Source: Felis catus
Taxonomy: Eukaryota
Assembly: GCF_018350175.1 (NCBI RefSeq)
Contig: NC_058368.1
Coordinates: 235,602,001-235,666,000 of the forward strand
Direction: 5' to 3'
Length of the DNA: 64,000 bases
The translations under genes and the position numbers were made by a program. The notes beneath the pieces were generated by a model. The model ran no database searches and was not told the DNA's origin. It was given only the letters and a program-made list of their open reading frames with translations. Below, piece by piece: positions 50,531 through 64,000 of the stretch (positions are counted from its first letter, which is position 1; the number at the start of each line of letters is the position of its first letter).

Positions 50531-52007
50531 CTTTTTTTTATTAAAAAGGGCTCCCCCTGTCCCCTGCAAAGGAAGACATTTGCTGTGGAGGAACCTTATA
50601 CTGTGAAAGTTAGTGGGAAAGAATATAAATTATTTCCTGAATGTATTTAAGGAGTCTTTTCTTCACAAAAATGGGTAGCTTGAAATGCAGCCAGGTCCAC
50701 TCGGCGGAACTGCGGAGGGCTGAAAATGCATGCTGGGTACCCACAACCTGGTAGGTCCCGTGACCTCAGATTACCGAAAACACGTTTTTCTTCATCTGAG
50801 CACCTTGCCCGAGGAGGTAGGAAGGAGGGAGAAATGTCAACATGGATGACGCTTTACAGGTTTGCCAGTCATTCGAGTTGACTTTCCTTGGGTTCAGTGT
50901 AACTGCATGCATGTAGGTTAGAACTTCCTCGGTCTTCTGTGAGGATGGAGGGAAGATGACATCTTCTGCCAGAGTCAGACAGCAGGTGTGTGAGGTCCGG
51001 GGAGCCTCGGGAGGCGGGGCGTGTCCAGTGCCGGCTCCGCCTTCTGGCCTCGACTGCACTTTACCTGCTCAGGCATTCTCATCGTCCTCTAAGTCATCTG
51101 TGATTGCTTTTCCATCTCAAACCATCACACTTCTGTATGCCCACCATGGTTCTCAGGGTCCGAGAGATATGCTTTTCTGATAGCAGAATAACTTCAACTC
51201 AACGTTCGTTGAATTCAATTCAATTCCATGTCGAATCCATTTATCAGTTCAGAAAATCATTGTGTTTCCCTCACTATTGAATCCTTCATGGATTCCATGC
51301 ACAGCAGGCAACCCTACTGCACGATCTCCTTAGTGCTTGAGCCACATCTTTCTGGGGCGAGGAGATGGGCAAGGGTGCTTCTGGAGCGTCATCTGCCATC
51401 CATCTGTTGAAGACGCCATGACAGTGAGCGACTCCTTTCCTCTCTTTTTCCCCCCAGATGTAATTAGCCTTTAATTATTACTTATTTTTTCTTTTTAAAC
51501 TTGTATTTAAATTCTAGTTAACACAGTGTATTATTGGTTTCAGGTCAGCAACTTTTTTTTAATCTCAGTTGCCAACCTTCCAATTGGGTAATCTATGAAC
51601 TAGTGGTTTTTCCATAGTTTGCTTGAAGAAAAAGAGAGAATTAGATTTGTGCCCTGGGCTTCTTAACTGCCTCCGTTTTTTCAATTTTAAATAACTTGTT
51701 CTCTCTCTTCTCAGCTTCTTAATCAGTGTTTCTCAAGCCTGGATATATGCTAGTGCTACGTGGAGAGCTTTGAAAATACCAGTGACACCATTTGGGACCA
51801 GGCCAACTCAACCGGGATCTCAGGGGGGTGGGGGCTCAATCTTTCCTCTCCTGGGTAGGGAGGTGGCTGTTCTGGTTTCCATAGTTGTGAACTCCACTGG
51901 GCTCTTATCGGTCGCTCAGCTTGGGGACCACCGCATGTGTAATCATGCTTTCTGAGTCCTTTCCAGGACTTCCCCCACAGTCCCTGCCCTTGTAATTTAC
52001 TGTCTAA

Positions 52008-52190
52008 AGTGCGATTCTCAAAGTGTGGTGCCCTGGCTGGCAGGAATAATGTTGCCTGGGAAGGAAATGTCAGACCCTGGGCCCCATCCCCCCTCTGCCA
52101 ATTCAGAAACTCCATCAGGGTGGGCCCAGCAATCTGTGCCGTTATCTGCCCCCCAGGTGACGCCAGTGTGAGCTGAAGCTTGAGAACAGC
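52008..52190. mobile_element. MER5A-like hAT-Charlie DNA transposon fossil (a weaker second copy starts at ~51724)
   Basis: TTCTCAAAGTGTGGT...GGCCCCA.CCC...TCAGAAACTC...GGGTGGGCCCAGCAATCTGTG...CCAGGTGA...TTGAGAAC, with degenerate terminal inverted repeats. Confidence 0.72.
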
Positions 52191-52199
52191 TATCTGAGG

Positions 52200-52930
52200 T
52201 ACCAAGTCTCCCCTCTCCATGAGCAGTTTAGACTTTCCAGCTTTGGCTTCATTCTGTCCATGCCAGGTGTCCATCTAGATGTCCCAGCAGTGCCTTGCGA
52301 TCAGTTCAAGGTTTCCCTGGTCTCTTTAGCTTCCTGTCTCCCTCACCATGACTCTGGATGTCCAGGCTCGACAGCTGAGCTTTTTCAGCTTCACCTTGCT
52401 CCTTTCCCTTCCCCCTCACCACCGTTACGAGTCCCGGCTTTACCGTGATCATCTCAGCCACTCTTCCAGAAGGAACTGGGACCTTTCCTTCCCTCCCTTC
52501 CCTCACTGTCCTCATCTTCGCTGCCGCTCTTGGAAAGAATGCCCAGATCTCATCAAACCCCTCTGCCCGCACTGCACGGCAGAAACAAACACGTCCACCA
52601 GTTCATCAAAATTAGTGCGAGGTGCAGCCCCTCCCCCTCTCCGTCTGGCTTGGTGACATGCATCCCACTGGTTTCCCCTCCGGTGCCCATAGTCAGGCCC
52701 TGGCAGCTGGGAGCGTGAACAGTCTCATGGTTTCCTGCCTCTGCATCTCGTATCACACTGCTGCTTCTGCTGACATTGCCTCTGTGACCCCGTAGACCCC
52801 ACCATCAGCCATCCATCAAGGCTCAGCTACGCTTTGTCCCCCCGCTGCAAGTACCGACACCCTTTTCGATTCCTTAGCATTTTCTTCGCAGCATTTATAA
52901 CACTTGACATATTCGTATGTGTTCCGCTTT
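52200..52930 (+). mobile_element. Probable L2 remnant
   Basis: Pyrimidine-rich, with L2-like blocks (CATCTAGATGTCCCA, CAAGGCTCAGCT, GCATTTATAACACTTGACATA). Very diverged. Confidence 0.45.
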
Positions 52931-53015
52931 TTACAACAAACAGGATATAAACTTGGAAAATCTCCCCCCGACCTCCTTCATCAGAGCTTCACAGATGGAT
53001 TAGGCATTGGGTAAT

Positions 53016-53017
<2 letters not shown>

Positions 53018-53053
<36 letters not shown>
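53018..53053. repeat. (CT)n microsatellite
   Basis: Seen directly. Confidence 0.95.
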
Positions 53054-53059
<6 letters not shown>

Positions 53060-56000
53060 TCTCTTGCTTCCTCAACTACCTGCTTGGGTGTCTGCTGTAT
53101 ATCTCAGCCACAGCCTGGAGTCTCTCTCCATTTCTCTAATTTTCTGAATGTTATTCCTACTCGCAGGGACCCAACCTGGATCCTTGCAGTGCTCTACCCA
53201 CTCTTCTCTTCAGCCCCCATATCCACCGTTTGCTTAGACGTGTGGATTCGTCTTTTTTTATTGTTTGTGGTTTACATCTTCCTCTCTAGTCCTTACGCCA
53301 TAAATCTAGGGGGTTCCTTGTCCTTTGGTGCCTGGTAAGTGTGTGGCAAGCACACGCTGGAACAGGTGTTTTAAGTAGGGGGTGCCCTTGTTCTGTCAGA
53401 GACAGCTCTGCATGAGGGGGACCGTGGTTACGGACACTTTGCCACAAGCCCGCCTACCTCGGGACCCAGCTTCTCAGGCTGTAGGAGAGGTCAGCGCCAT
53501 GCCCCGGGTGCTGGGAACAGAGGGCCTCGGCTCACTTGGCCACCAGGAGGGCTTTTGCCAGCTTCTATCTTTACACCGGCCCAGGTGAGAGCCCAGTGTT
53601 GGTCTCCTACACCCTCCAGGAGGCACGTGCTCAGTACTCTTCCTGGCCGGGCACCGGCCAGGGAGCTCCTGCAGCCGAGAAGCACCAGCGAGGCGGGGAT
53701 GGGGAACTAGCTCCAAATCTCCACCCCGGCAGGAGTCTTTGCTCTCTGACCATCTCCTGCCAAGACCCTCACTCGTTTTAATGTGCAAAAGGAATGTGCA
53801 GAACTCTAATAACATTGCTCGATAAATCCTCAATCTGTTTTTTTTCCCCTATCAATTGTTAACATTCTTTTTTCTACTCTGGAGGTGAGTTCGGGGTCTC
53901 AGATCAGCTTTGGGCCATCACATATGCTGCACACACGAGTCACCATCCATGCGTAGGATGTGCATCGCTGAGACATTTCTCAGCTTGGGGGCCTCTGCCG
54001 AGACCAGAAAAAGCCTTATTCAGTATCTGGCTACTCGGTTGTGGCAAAATGCGTATGACGCGCCGCAGAGAAACAAGTCCAAATGCAGATCAAAGCTGAC
54101 CCACTCCAGAAGTGGCGAGGCCCCGTGTTTCCTCCCACTCAGCGACCTCTCCCCAACACGGCCCGCACCTGCTTGCCAGCACCTCCCGCTTCCACTCCAG
54201 CCTCCCGCTTCCCCGCGCGCATCTGCGTGTGCACAAGCACGCGTGCACTCAGCCAGGCACGTTTTCTCAGATTTTGCAAATTCCCCTGATTAATATTAAA
54301 ATTCAAAAAGGGATTCTTACCAATTCTGCTTCCAGGGCAATTTTGCTTCCTCTAAGGTTTTCAACATATTTATTATCCGGGAATAGCTTGTCTCTCAATT
54401 GGTAGCTCCCTGGAGCCTTTCTTTTTAATTTATTTTAATTTAAACATCCCAGGGCACACCGCTCTTTGCATTCTCTGCCTGATCCCACTGCTGGGCTTGG
54501 GCGGGTCCCCGGGGGGGCCAGAGACTGGAATTTCCTTTTCCAAAGCCCCAGTTCACGGTTTTCACATATCAAACAATTTTGGTTTGCCTCTGGGCAGATC
54601 GCCGACTGCCGTGGACCTTCAGCTCAGTCCTTTGTCCAACTCTGGGACATTCTTGAGGCAACTTACCTGATATTTACACTTCCGACTGAGTTATGTAAAT
54701 GTTAATACCGAGGGGAACAAAATTCTGTATTAAAGTAAATTCAAATTAAATATTTCAATTTACTTATAATTAACAACCATGCTTATCTAATTTGCTCATA
54801 GTAATAAACAATTTTACAGCGAACTCTTTAAGTTCAGAGCACACGTATGAAAAAAAAAATCTGCAAGCGATAGGAAATTAACTTGGTCTCATTGCAGGTG
54901 GCAGGTAATCAACATGACGAGATGTGTGTCGGTGACATGGGCATTTTCTTCTTTTGCCAAGAGGCTGACCGAGAATTGCGTGTGGAAAAGTCTGCAAAAA
55001 GAAAGCATTCATCAGAAAATGGACCGATCGCACTCAAACTGTAGGCCATCGGCACCTTTCCTTCCCTTTTACCCAGGAAGAGTTTAAGTGCAGAATGGAA
55101 TCACAACCTGGGAGAACTCAGGGCAGGTGTTGTAAACTCCAGCCTGGAGCAGGTAAGGACAAATGCCGAGGCCTAAAATCCTCCTGGGACTGAAAGAGAC
55201 TTGGGTCCCTGACACATTTATGCCTATGGTGCCACATGCATAGGACCTTGTCAGGAGCAAGCCTGCAGAGGGCACACGATTTCAGTACTAGTGTTCAGAT
55301 TTGGGGACTATTCGATTGGCCAACAACTTCGATTAACCTAGCATTTAATACTTCACAAAATGCGGTCACATCCCCGACTGCATTCCACATGCAGCACAGA
55401 CCCTGAGACTTCCGTGGCTGCGGCGATCCTCTCCCTAAGGCTCTGGCGGTAACCAGCCCAAACCACGGTCACGTGGTCCTGGGCGGCCGCCTCTGCAGGA
55501 GCCAGGCTCCTTTGCTAGTTCTGGTTTCTCTAGCCCTCTCTGCAAAATCTTGATCCTCTCAGCAGCCCCACGATAAGGTCCCAACTGGGCTCCGGGACGT
55601 TTTATTTCAGCAGTTATAGCTTATCCTACCTCTGTATCAGCGCTTTGGGTAACTTTGTTACGCTGTGATCTATGTGAATGGAAGGTAAGCCCTCCCTTTT
55701 TTCCCCCCCAGGTCATGTTGACCCGGGTTACTGATTTGAGTGTCCTTTACAGAAACTCATTGATTTGTAAGTTTGTTTCCTTTAAGACCAATCGCAGAAC
55801 CCAGCTGGTACCTCATTCAGCGACACCTTTTCCATTTCTGCCCATGTTCGTGTGGCCAGGACTACTTTGTATTTTATGAGTTATAGAATGTTTTCCTTCT
55901 TGTATCAATTTTGGTATTTCAGCAATAAATTGGGAGGGGGGCAAGGGTTCAACTCCGTGGCCTTATACATCTTCTGGGGTGTTTTAAAATTACCCTCTAG

Positions 56001-56157
56001 AGCTGTTCAAAAACTCTTGGGGCTTTAGAATTGCTTGTATGTGAGAGTGTTCAGCTGATTACACACAGTAATGGATACATCGCTTGAAGCCAGTGCAGTA
56101 ACGACACATGACGCTCCACACAATAACAGGAAAGACGAAACCTATTTGCATTTGCTT

Positions 56158-56398
56158 TGGGTTTTTATTTTTTATTTATTATTATTATTATTTTTAGATG
56201 TTTGCTTATTTTTGAGAGAGAGCGCAAGCACAGGTGGGGGAGGGGCAGAGAGAGAGGGAGACACAGAATCCGAAGCAGGCTCCAGGCTCTGAGCCGTCAG
56301 CACAGAGCCGGACGCGGGGCTCGAACCTACGAAATGGGTGTGAGTCATGACCTGAGCCGAAGTCGGACTGTCAACTGACGGAGCCACCCAGGCGCCCC
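56158..56398 (-). mobile_element. Can-SINE
   Basis: Reverse SINEC with (TTA)n tail. Confidence 0.92.
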
Positions 56399-56550
56399 AT
56401 ATGTAGACTTCTTTAAAAAGAAATAATCCAGAGCACTGCGTGACTTTTGTTCCTTTACTTTACTTTTTGTTTCCTCTTCCAAAACACAGAGAAAATGATC
56501 AAACCTCCTCCATACAGCTGTTGAGAAGATTAAATGAGTAACTACATTTA

Positions 56551-56893
56551 GGGGCACCTGGGGGGCTCAGTCCATGAAACGTCGGACTCTTGATTTCAGC
56601 TCGGGTCACGATCTCACGGTTCGTGGGTTTGAACCCCGCATGGGGCTCTGTGCTGACAGGGCAGAGCCTGCTTGGGATTCTCTCTCTCCCTCTCTCTCTT
56701 CGCCTCCCCTGCGTGTGCTGTCTGGCAAAATAAATGGATAAGCTTTAAAAAAGTAATCCTTGGGGCGCCTGGATGGCTCAGTTGGTAAAGCATGTGGCTC
56801 TTAGTCTCAGGGTCATGAGTTCAAGCCCCACGTTGGGTATGGAGCCTACCAAATAAGTAAATGAATGAATGAATGAATGAATACATAAATAAA
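56551..56893 (+). mobile_element. Two tandem Can-SINEs (56551-56752; short form 56762-56893 with (TGAA)n tail)
   Basis: Two GGGGC(A/G)CCTGG heads, each with a B box. Confidence 0.9.
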
Positions 56894-57415
56894 CCTTGGC
56901 ATGGGGTGTCTGGAAACTCATGACTAATAACACTGCAGGAACTACATCTCAGCTCATTCTAAGCAGCAGACATTGCTTAAATTCCTTGTTTCCCTGTTGG
57001 GGTTGGTGGAGGTGTAACTAGCTGCAAACATAAGGGCACGGGCCCAGCAAAAAACTCCTTTCGGTCCAAATCATTCCCTCTGGGCCATTCAGCCAGGCTC
57101 AGCCATAAAGTCTAGAGAGGTCTGGAAGGATACTCTCCACCATTTTACAAGACCGTTTCCCCTCAATGACAGTGAAAACGAGAGGCCCGGTGGAAAACCT
57201 AGTTGAGGCCGTTACTGGATCTGGAATTACTTGGTCTGGGAAGAATCTAACATCCTTCCTTTTCCCCTGACCCTAGAAGGGGCACAGTTAACAGTGGGGG
57301 ATAATGTGCAATTATTACCGTGAAATAAATGTCAGCAGGGCATCACAAGGAACTCCCACAAATGCAAGTAAACTCTACTTTGATTCTGCCTTTGCTCAAA
57401 CACACCCTCTGTCGT

Positions 57416-57608
57416 GTATATTATATATTTTATAAATAAATATGTATTTTATATTTTATATAATATATTATAAATTATATATTTATTTTGTAAATAAATA
57501 TATATGATATACAAAATATGTAGTACGTAATATTATTTTTAAATTATATAATTTATATATTATATTATCTATACAATTACATATATATATATATATTTTT
57601 TTTTTTAC
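57416..57608. repeat. AT-rich (TA)n low-complexity tract
   Basis: Seen directly. Confidence 0.9.
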
Positions 57609-58449
57609 AAGAGTTAAGTAAGCTGACACAAGCCTTGTAAGAGCGCCTCTATTATGCAGTGAACACTGATACATTTCTTGACCCTGAGACCTTGTAGGAT
57701 TCCAAGCTCCTCCCCTCCCGTTCTTCCATCCCGTCCTTCCTGGGACAAGTGACCGTGTGTGTCAGGCAGGGGGCGGGAGCTGCAGAGCCCCGGGAAGAGG
57801 CTCACTGTGTGTGGTCACAGAGCACAGGGGCAACAGGGTGAATCTGAATGGCATTATGGAGGGCACCGAGGGAATTATTTCTGCCCGTGACCGCGGGACC
57901 CCGGAAGGTTTCAAGGGCCTAACGCTTTCTGAACATCGTAATTAACGTCTCACCGATTACAGGCGGTACAGGGAACAGAGCGGCCACAACGGTTAGGAGA
58001 CCACAGAGCCCCTTTCTGGAAACGCTGGGGCTTTCTGGTGCCACCATCGCCTGAGGTGGCGGTGAGGGGCTCGCCTTCCGGATGTGGCTCGAGGTCAGGG
58101 TTTGAAGCGATGTGAGCGAAAGCGTTGACATTTATTTTGAAGACAGTAGGGCCATGTCTCATTTCCAAGGAGGGACCTTTTGTGCACTGATCTGTGTTTT
58201 CAAAGGCAACTGCCAGAAGTTTGGGAATAAATCACAGGGAACGTGTCTGGAAGCCTGGTTGTTTTCTCTTCCACGTTTAAGTCTGTGGTCCAATTCAAGT
58301 TGATTTCAGCGTCTGCTGTGAGGTACAAGCCAAGCTTCATGTGTTTTTCTATATGGATCTTGGATTTACTAGGTGCTCCCTGTGCAAATGTCCCTCTTCC
58401 CCCGATTGGCGCGTCTTCCTTCACTGCAAATCGGGTCCCTCTCTACGGT

Positions 58450-59330
58450 CGGCTGGTTGCACACAGTTCCCAGCTAATGGTCTCCCTGTGTCCACTCCTT
58501 TTACCCCAGAACTTTCCCTTCTCTCCGATTTTGCTTTGGACTCAGCCACGTGACTGGTCTGGACCAATTAAGTGTGAGTACAGAACTTCAAAGGACGTGC
58601 ATTTCCAAGAGCTCCCTTGCATGATCACGCGTGCTTTTTTAGACCTCTGAATTTACTACCACACCGTAACAGGGAGGCACATAGGGGTGTGAGGGACCCA
58701 CGGCTGAGATCCCGGTCATGTGAGCTAGCCTCCCTGAAGCCATCAGACTAATGACAGCCAGCTGACCCCAGACATGTGAGCTCGCACTCCAAAGCACTGA
58801 CCAGGAACCCAGCTGAGATCAGTAAATCCATCCAAATGACCACTGACACATGAGCAGCAGTAAATGTGTGCTGCTTACAGCCTTTGCGAGTCAGGATGGT
58901 TTACACAACCTCGTTTTCACAAAACTAGGTGACTGTTGCAGAAATTGTTGCGTAGAAGCAAGCACTATTATAAGAAAAATCTAAAGTAGCTGCCACCCAC
59001 TGGGACCGGGTGGAGGGCAAGACTGGAAAAATGAAGTTTTTAGGAGGCTGGAATTATGGTGGCCCGGGTCATTTAGAACAATTTGTAAAGCCATCACACG
59101 TGGTAGCTCAAAAGATAGCAAATGTACCAAATAAGCTTTTGGATTTGAACAATTATATTTTGAGGCAGGCTGCTGAATGTTCAGCTGGCTGCTATTAGCT
59201 ATGTAATGAGCTAAAGCAAGAACTGGGCATTACAGAAGCAGAATTTAGAGGAAATATGGACTCCCCAGAAGTTTCGGGGTTGGGAGGCGAAATGGTTTCT
59301 TGTCTCCAGTATTTCTACGAGATGGAATTC
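58450..59330 (+). mobile_element. MaLR: MLT1G/H-like LTR (~58450-58940) plus start of internal sequence
   Basis: LTR motifs CAGCCACGTGACT.G.CTGG.CCAAT, CAGACATGTGAG, CCCAGCTGAG and a 3' end ...GCA. These are followed by GAAATTG..GC.TAGAAG and GCAAATGTACCAAATAAGCTT, resembling MLT1-int. Confidence 0.65.
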
Positions 59331-59399
59331 TCAGCACAGTGCGTCCTCTCGGCGACATAAAGCATTTTACATAACGGAAGATGAATCAAAATCCGGAAA

Positions 59400-59960
59400 A
59401 GTAACATGGGCATAATCTATCACTGCATCCCTGGATTCGCAATATATATTCCAATTGTTCTAAATGTTCCCGGTGGTGTTCGTTGTAGCTACCTTGCTTT
59501 TTTTCCACTGTCGGATCCAGTTCTGAATCCCACATTGCGCTGGACGGTGGGAATGGGTAGTTAACCCCCTTTCATCCAGGAAATGCCCTCAGTTTTCCTT
59601 TGTCCTCTATGATTGTGACCTTACAGATTCAGCTTGGTTATTTTGTGGAATCTGGTTGCATCGTATAATTCCTCGGGACTGAATTCAGGTTATGCTTTTC
59701 TTTGTGGTATAATTACCACAGAAGTAGTGTTTCCTTCTCAGGCATCCTATCTGTAGGCACATGATACGAGTTTGTCTCGTTATTGGAGATATTAATTCAG
59801 ATCACTTGGTTAGAGTTGTGTTAGGGTGACCTGCCGAAAAGCTATTATTCTGTTTGTGATTAGCAAATAATTTCGAGTCCGTGTATGTGTTTATGGTTTG
59901 TCAAACCTCCACTCATCAGGGTTTGCATTCACCGGAGAATCCTGCCGCGATGACATTGCA
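59400..59960 (-). mobile_element. Ancient L1MC-like 3' UTR fragment
   Basis: ATTCAGGTTATGC, GGCACATGAT, GATCACTTGGTTA motifs. Confidence 0.6.
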
Positions 59961-60509
59961 TTTTCTTCTCCCTGCCTAATGTCATCCGGGTTGTGGGTTA
60001 CGCGTAGCACAGCAGTTCTAGATAGTTTACCCAGAAAAGAAAAACACTGAAACGTAGTAGAGACACTCGGAGAGCGTCCCAAGTGCCAGAGAGCCTTATC
60101 CTTCGAGACGGTACAGATGGGGGCAGTGCCCACAGGCCCCGCATGACTGTTCCAGCGGGAAGGTCCACTGCCCTGCTCAGCTCCCCCAGTGTGGACATCC
60201 ATCAGCACGGGGGGCCATGGCTGGACCTGGGGCAGCCGGGGTCTGCTCCTCCCCCCGCCACTGGAATGCACAAGGCGTCTACTTTTTAGATTCTCCGGCT
60301 TCTGAAGAGAAGCCTTATTCACGCTGGTTCAAATATGGTGGTGGTGGTTACGGCGCTTACACCGCAGCTGCAGGTGAGTCTGGGAAGTGAGTTCCGGCCT
60401 CTTCCTCGTGGGGGCAGGGCACCGACTCACAAAATGAGGGAATCGCCAACCACTCGAAAGGAACTTCTGCAACATTTTTTCTTTAATGATTAACTTTAAC
60501 GTATATTTT

Positions 60510-60729
60510 CCTTTCTTTTTTCTCTTTTCTAAATTTATTTTGAGAGAGAGAGAGGGGGCGGGCGTGAGTGGGGGAGGGGCAGAGAGAGGGAGAGAGAGAG
60601 AATCCCAAGCGGGCTCCATGCTGTCAGCGCAGAGCCTGATGCGGGGCTCGAACCCACGAACCGTGGGATCGTTACCGGAGCCAAAACCAAGAGTCAGATG
60701 CTTAACCCACTGAGCCACCCAGATGCCCC
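60510..60729 (-). mobile_element. Can-SINE
   Basis: Reverse SINEC body. Confidence 0.92.
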
Positions 60730-60775
60730 ATTTATTTTTTCTAATATTACTTTCAGTTTGAAACAATGCCTTTAT

Positions 60776-60777
60776 TT

Positions 60778-60821
<44 letters not shown>

Positions 60822-60823
60822 TC
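60776..60823. repeat. (TTTC)n tetranucleotide microsatellite
   Basis: Seen directly. Confidence 0.95.
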
Positions 60824-60839
60824 ATGCTACCCATCTTTT

Positions 60840-61059
60840 TTTTTTAATTTTTTTTACATTTATTTAGTTTTGAGAGACAGAGTGAGACAAAGTGAGAGTG
60901 GGGGAGGGGCAGAGAGAGAGGGAGACACAGGATTGGAAGCAGGCTCCAGGCTCTGAGCTGTTGGCACAGAGCCTGACTCAGGGCTTGAACTCACGGACCG
61001 CGAGATCATGACCTGAGCCGAAGTCGGACGCTCAACCGACAGAGCCCCCCAGGAGCCCC
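60840..61059 (-). mobile_element. Can-SINE
   Basis: Perfect TSD tcatgctacccatctttt. Confidence 0.94.
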
Positions 61060-61299
61060 ATCATGCTACCCATCTTTTAATAAATATAATTCACTCTATG
61101 TGTTTGCAACAATGTTTGAAATAATGTGAGATCTCTCCTCTCCTTCCACCATGGGACAAGGAGCATGGTGTCTTTCAGGCACCCACTCACGCCCTGCGGC
61201 CTGCTGATGTGGTCTAGACTTTTAACCTGAGCCCTTGAAACACAAAGACCAGATTTAACACATGGTTACAGCATCTCCTGTGTGTTCCCAGGGTCTTTG

Positions 61300-61900
61300 C
61301 AGAACAGACTCGAATTCCACTCCACCCCTCCAGGTGTACTTTCCCCCTTGTTGTAATAAACGGTCCCTTCTCTGAATGTCGAATGTTGGGAACCTGTGCT
61401 AGAATTTTGAAACTGGATGTCTTTATCGCATGTGAATTTCAATTCGACTTTGGTCTTTTTTCCCCTCAGAACTTTGAACGTCCTATCCCTCTGCTTCATC
61501 AACATTAACGATGAGAAGTCTGCTGTTATTCTAACAGGTATTTTTTTGTATTAAAAAAACGCACTATCTTACTTGTTTCGCCTTTGCCTTGCTGTTCTAA
61601 ATTCCACTGCCTTGTTTTTAGATGGATTCGTCTTTTCTCAGCTTACTCTGAACTCACATTAGGTCTCCTATGGAAGACGCAGGGCTTTTCTTGGGCGGAA
61701 GACTGTATCAGTCATCAACTTAGACTACTGTACATCTGTCGTTCTGTCATTTTCCCTCACCTTCTTCTAGAGCTGCCACTGAGTTTATCAGAGTCTCTCA
61801 GTCTCTCTTCTGGGTCGCTTAGTTTTTCTTATGCTTTCCCAAATCCCTTTCTGATAAATTGCTCAGCAATTGTCTGGGCAGCTCAACTGTATCTTTTTTT
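61300..61900 (-). mobile_element. HAL1 / ancient L1 ORF1-like remnant
   Basis: TTTTCCCCTCAGAACTTTGAA...GATGAGAAGTCTG motif; the antisense translation contains FKVLRGK. Confidence 0.45.
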
Positions 61901-64000
61901 TTTTTTTTTCCCCTGCTCTATCTGCTGATTCTTTTACTCACTGATTCGCACATTCATGTATCTACACGTGTTTTCAACAGGAATTGACTGAGTGCCCATC
62001 GGCACTGTGCTCTGTGTTGGGGGTGACCATTCAAGTTACGTGAAGTCATAAAATAGACCAATTTTTCTTACATATTTTTATTATCTGAGCTCCAGGTAAG
62101 GAAAAATGTGGTCATCAATAATGTCTCAGGCCATCACTCCCAAAAATTCATGAGTTACAATTCCGGAAACTGGCTCCTCGTAGGAAACAAAGCCTCTTCT
62201 CTCTGACGCGTTGTTCCTTGTGTGTGGGAACCGGGTGCTTTCCCTCCGTGGGTCCCGCCTCACACCTGTGCCGTTAACTGTCCCACAGATCCTGGCCACA
62301 CGCAAGTGTCTTTATTTTCCAAGTCACTCACTGGAAATAATCAATATTCTTTTTCTGATACTGGCCGTGAGTATGTCATTCAAAAGATCTACTTGTCCCC
62401 TCCCTCCTTTCCTTCTTCTGCTCTCCCCTTTTCTCTCCCTTCCTCATTTGGATGGGCTTGTGGTGTCTACACTGTGCTGGCCGCAGGCAGTCCCACAACA
62501 GACCATACGGTCCCGTCTTCCAGGTCTTCAGACTCTGCAGAGCAGCAGCTCGAGGGGCACGTTCTCACCATAGCAGAGCTCACTGTTTCGTGGGGGCAGG
62601 TGCGGACGTAGAGGAGGTGAGCTGTGAGATCTCATGATGGATCAGGGCCCGGTGCAGAAGAGGTGCAGTGTGAATGGAAGCTTTGAGGAAGACCCATGGG
62701 CGGGGGGTACGTGACACGATGTGAGCCCCGGCAGGGAGGAGGAGAAACCTGGGTTCCAAGCCAGTTCTTCCTTTGCTTGGCAAATGTGGGATAAGCCCCT
62801 TCGCCATTAGAAGCTCGGTTCTCTCCTGGGCAACACGGGTTACCAGCCCTGGTGCCCACAGAGATGTTGAGACGAGAGACCCGGATAACGCCCTGGGAGA
62901 CCCTGGCACGGCGCCCGGGGGAGGGGGCACCCACCCCAGGCACGCACAGGGCGGCCACGACTGCCGTGTGCCGGGGGACGGCCAGCCGCCCGCGTCCTTG
63001 TCCTCCACCGGGCCCCTGACACAGGACTGCCTGCGTTAACTGTGCTGAGGCTGTGAGTTGGCCAGAATGCCGGTGCGCCCCCACCTCCTGGCGTGCAGTG
63101 CCGTGTCATGATGGCTGAGTGCTTCCCCGGGAGGCTGTGCACGCCCTTGCCAGCCGCCAGCATCAGCTTGTGTGGAGCAGGTGCGCCCGCTCAGCTCCCC
63201 ACTGGGGCCATTGAAGCAAGTGGTGGAACAAGGGTGCAGGAATCACCAGTCAGATGACACCTCCCGGGGCCGCAGCACATGCCCTGCGGGTCTGACCACG
63301 AGGTGTCCAGGGTCGAGCTCCTTGCGGGAGGGAGCATAGGACACTCAAGGTCAGCTCTGCTCCGGGCAGCTCAGCCCCGCCTCGTCAAAGACTTTGCACA
63401 GACCCGGATCAGAATAAACCCGCTGTGGCTGAACGTGTGCCAGGACCTGACGGTGGCTCTGAAGTGTCGACCCCGGTCTTCCACCTTCCGCGTGTTTTCC
63501 TGGTGGCAGGAAACGGTTTCAAGGCCATTATGATGAACTATCACCCTGACAGTCAGCCTGTCCGTTACACGGAGCCTGGCTTTGACTGGAGGTTGAAAGG
63601 GATATTGAATGACTTAGAACAAACAGAGACCAAGTGTTTTGTACAATCTGAACCCACTTTATGGCAGAAGGAGGAACCAAACAGTGTTTCTTGTTAAAAA
63701 GAAAAAAGGAAAAGAAAAAGAAACCCTAACCGTGTCATAAGGGGAAGGAAAGTTGGGTATCAGTTCTGAGTCACCCAGACGGGGTCGTTGCACACTCGGG
63801 CCAGGGTCGTGTTTCTGCCCTACGCCTCTGAACAGAGGAAAGGGCACCAGAGAGCAAGGGACTGAGGACAGCAGTCGGGTTTGGAAGGCTGCAGCCAGCC
63901 AGCGGAACGCAGAGGCTGACCATCCCTCCACCTCCCGGGGACAATGGAGCCCGGACCCCCAGGAGGCGACAAGACAGAGGCACCAGAAGCTTCCTGGTGT

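Overview
Mammalian genomic DNA, almost certainly from a felid. It carries about 30 Can-SINEs of the cat SINEC_Fc type and cat/carnivore-type L1 3' ends. The only protein-coding gene I can support is the 5' end of ADAMTS16 on the minus strand. Its coding exons are exon 1 (10291-10160), exon 2 (10070-9968) and exon 3 (3598-3276), all with canonical GT-AG junctions that join in frame; the rest of the gene lies beyond position 1. A CpG-island promoter spans about 9900-11450. The ~52 kb upstream is non-coding and repeat-rich (SINEC, L1, MaLR/MLT1, MER21-like LTR, MIR, L2, MER5, microsatellites). Almost all other ORFs in the track are SINE read-throughs or GC-rich shadow frames. I found no new multi-gene system. 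The most interesting signals are small: (1) a SINE with an apparent 3' transduction tag, (2) a SINE dimer inside one target-site duplication (TSD), (3) a twin-primed L1 hit twice by SINEs at the same site, (4) an apparent 20-codon in-frame extension with a second ATG in ADAMTS16 exon 1, (5) a NAGNAG acceptor, and (6) inverted SINEs flanking exon 3. Repeat family names and human/mouse comparisons come from my recall of consensus and orthologue sequences, not from a search.
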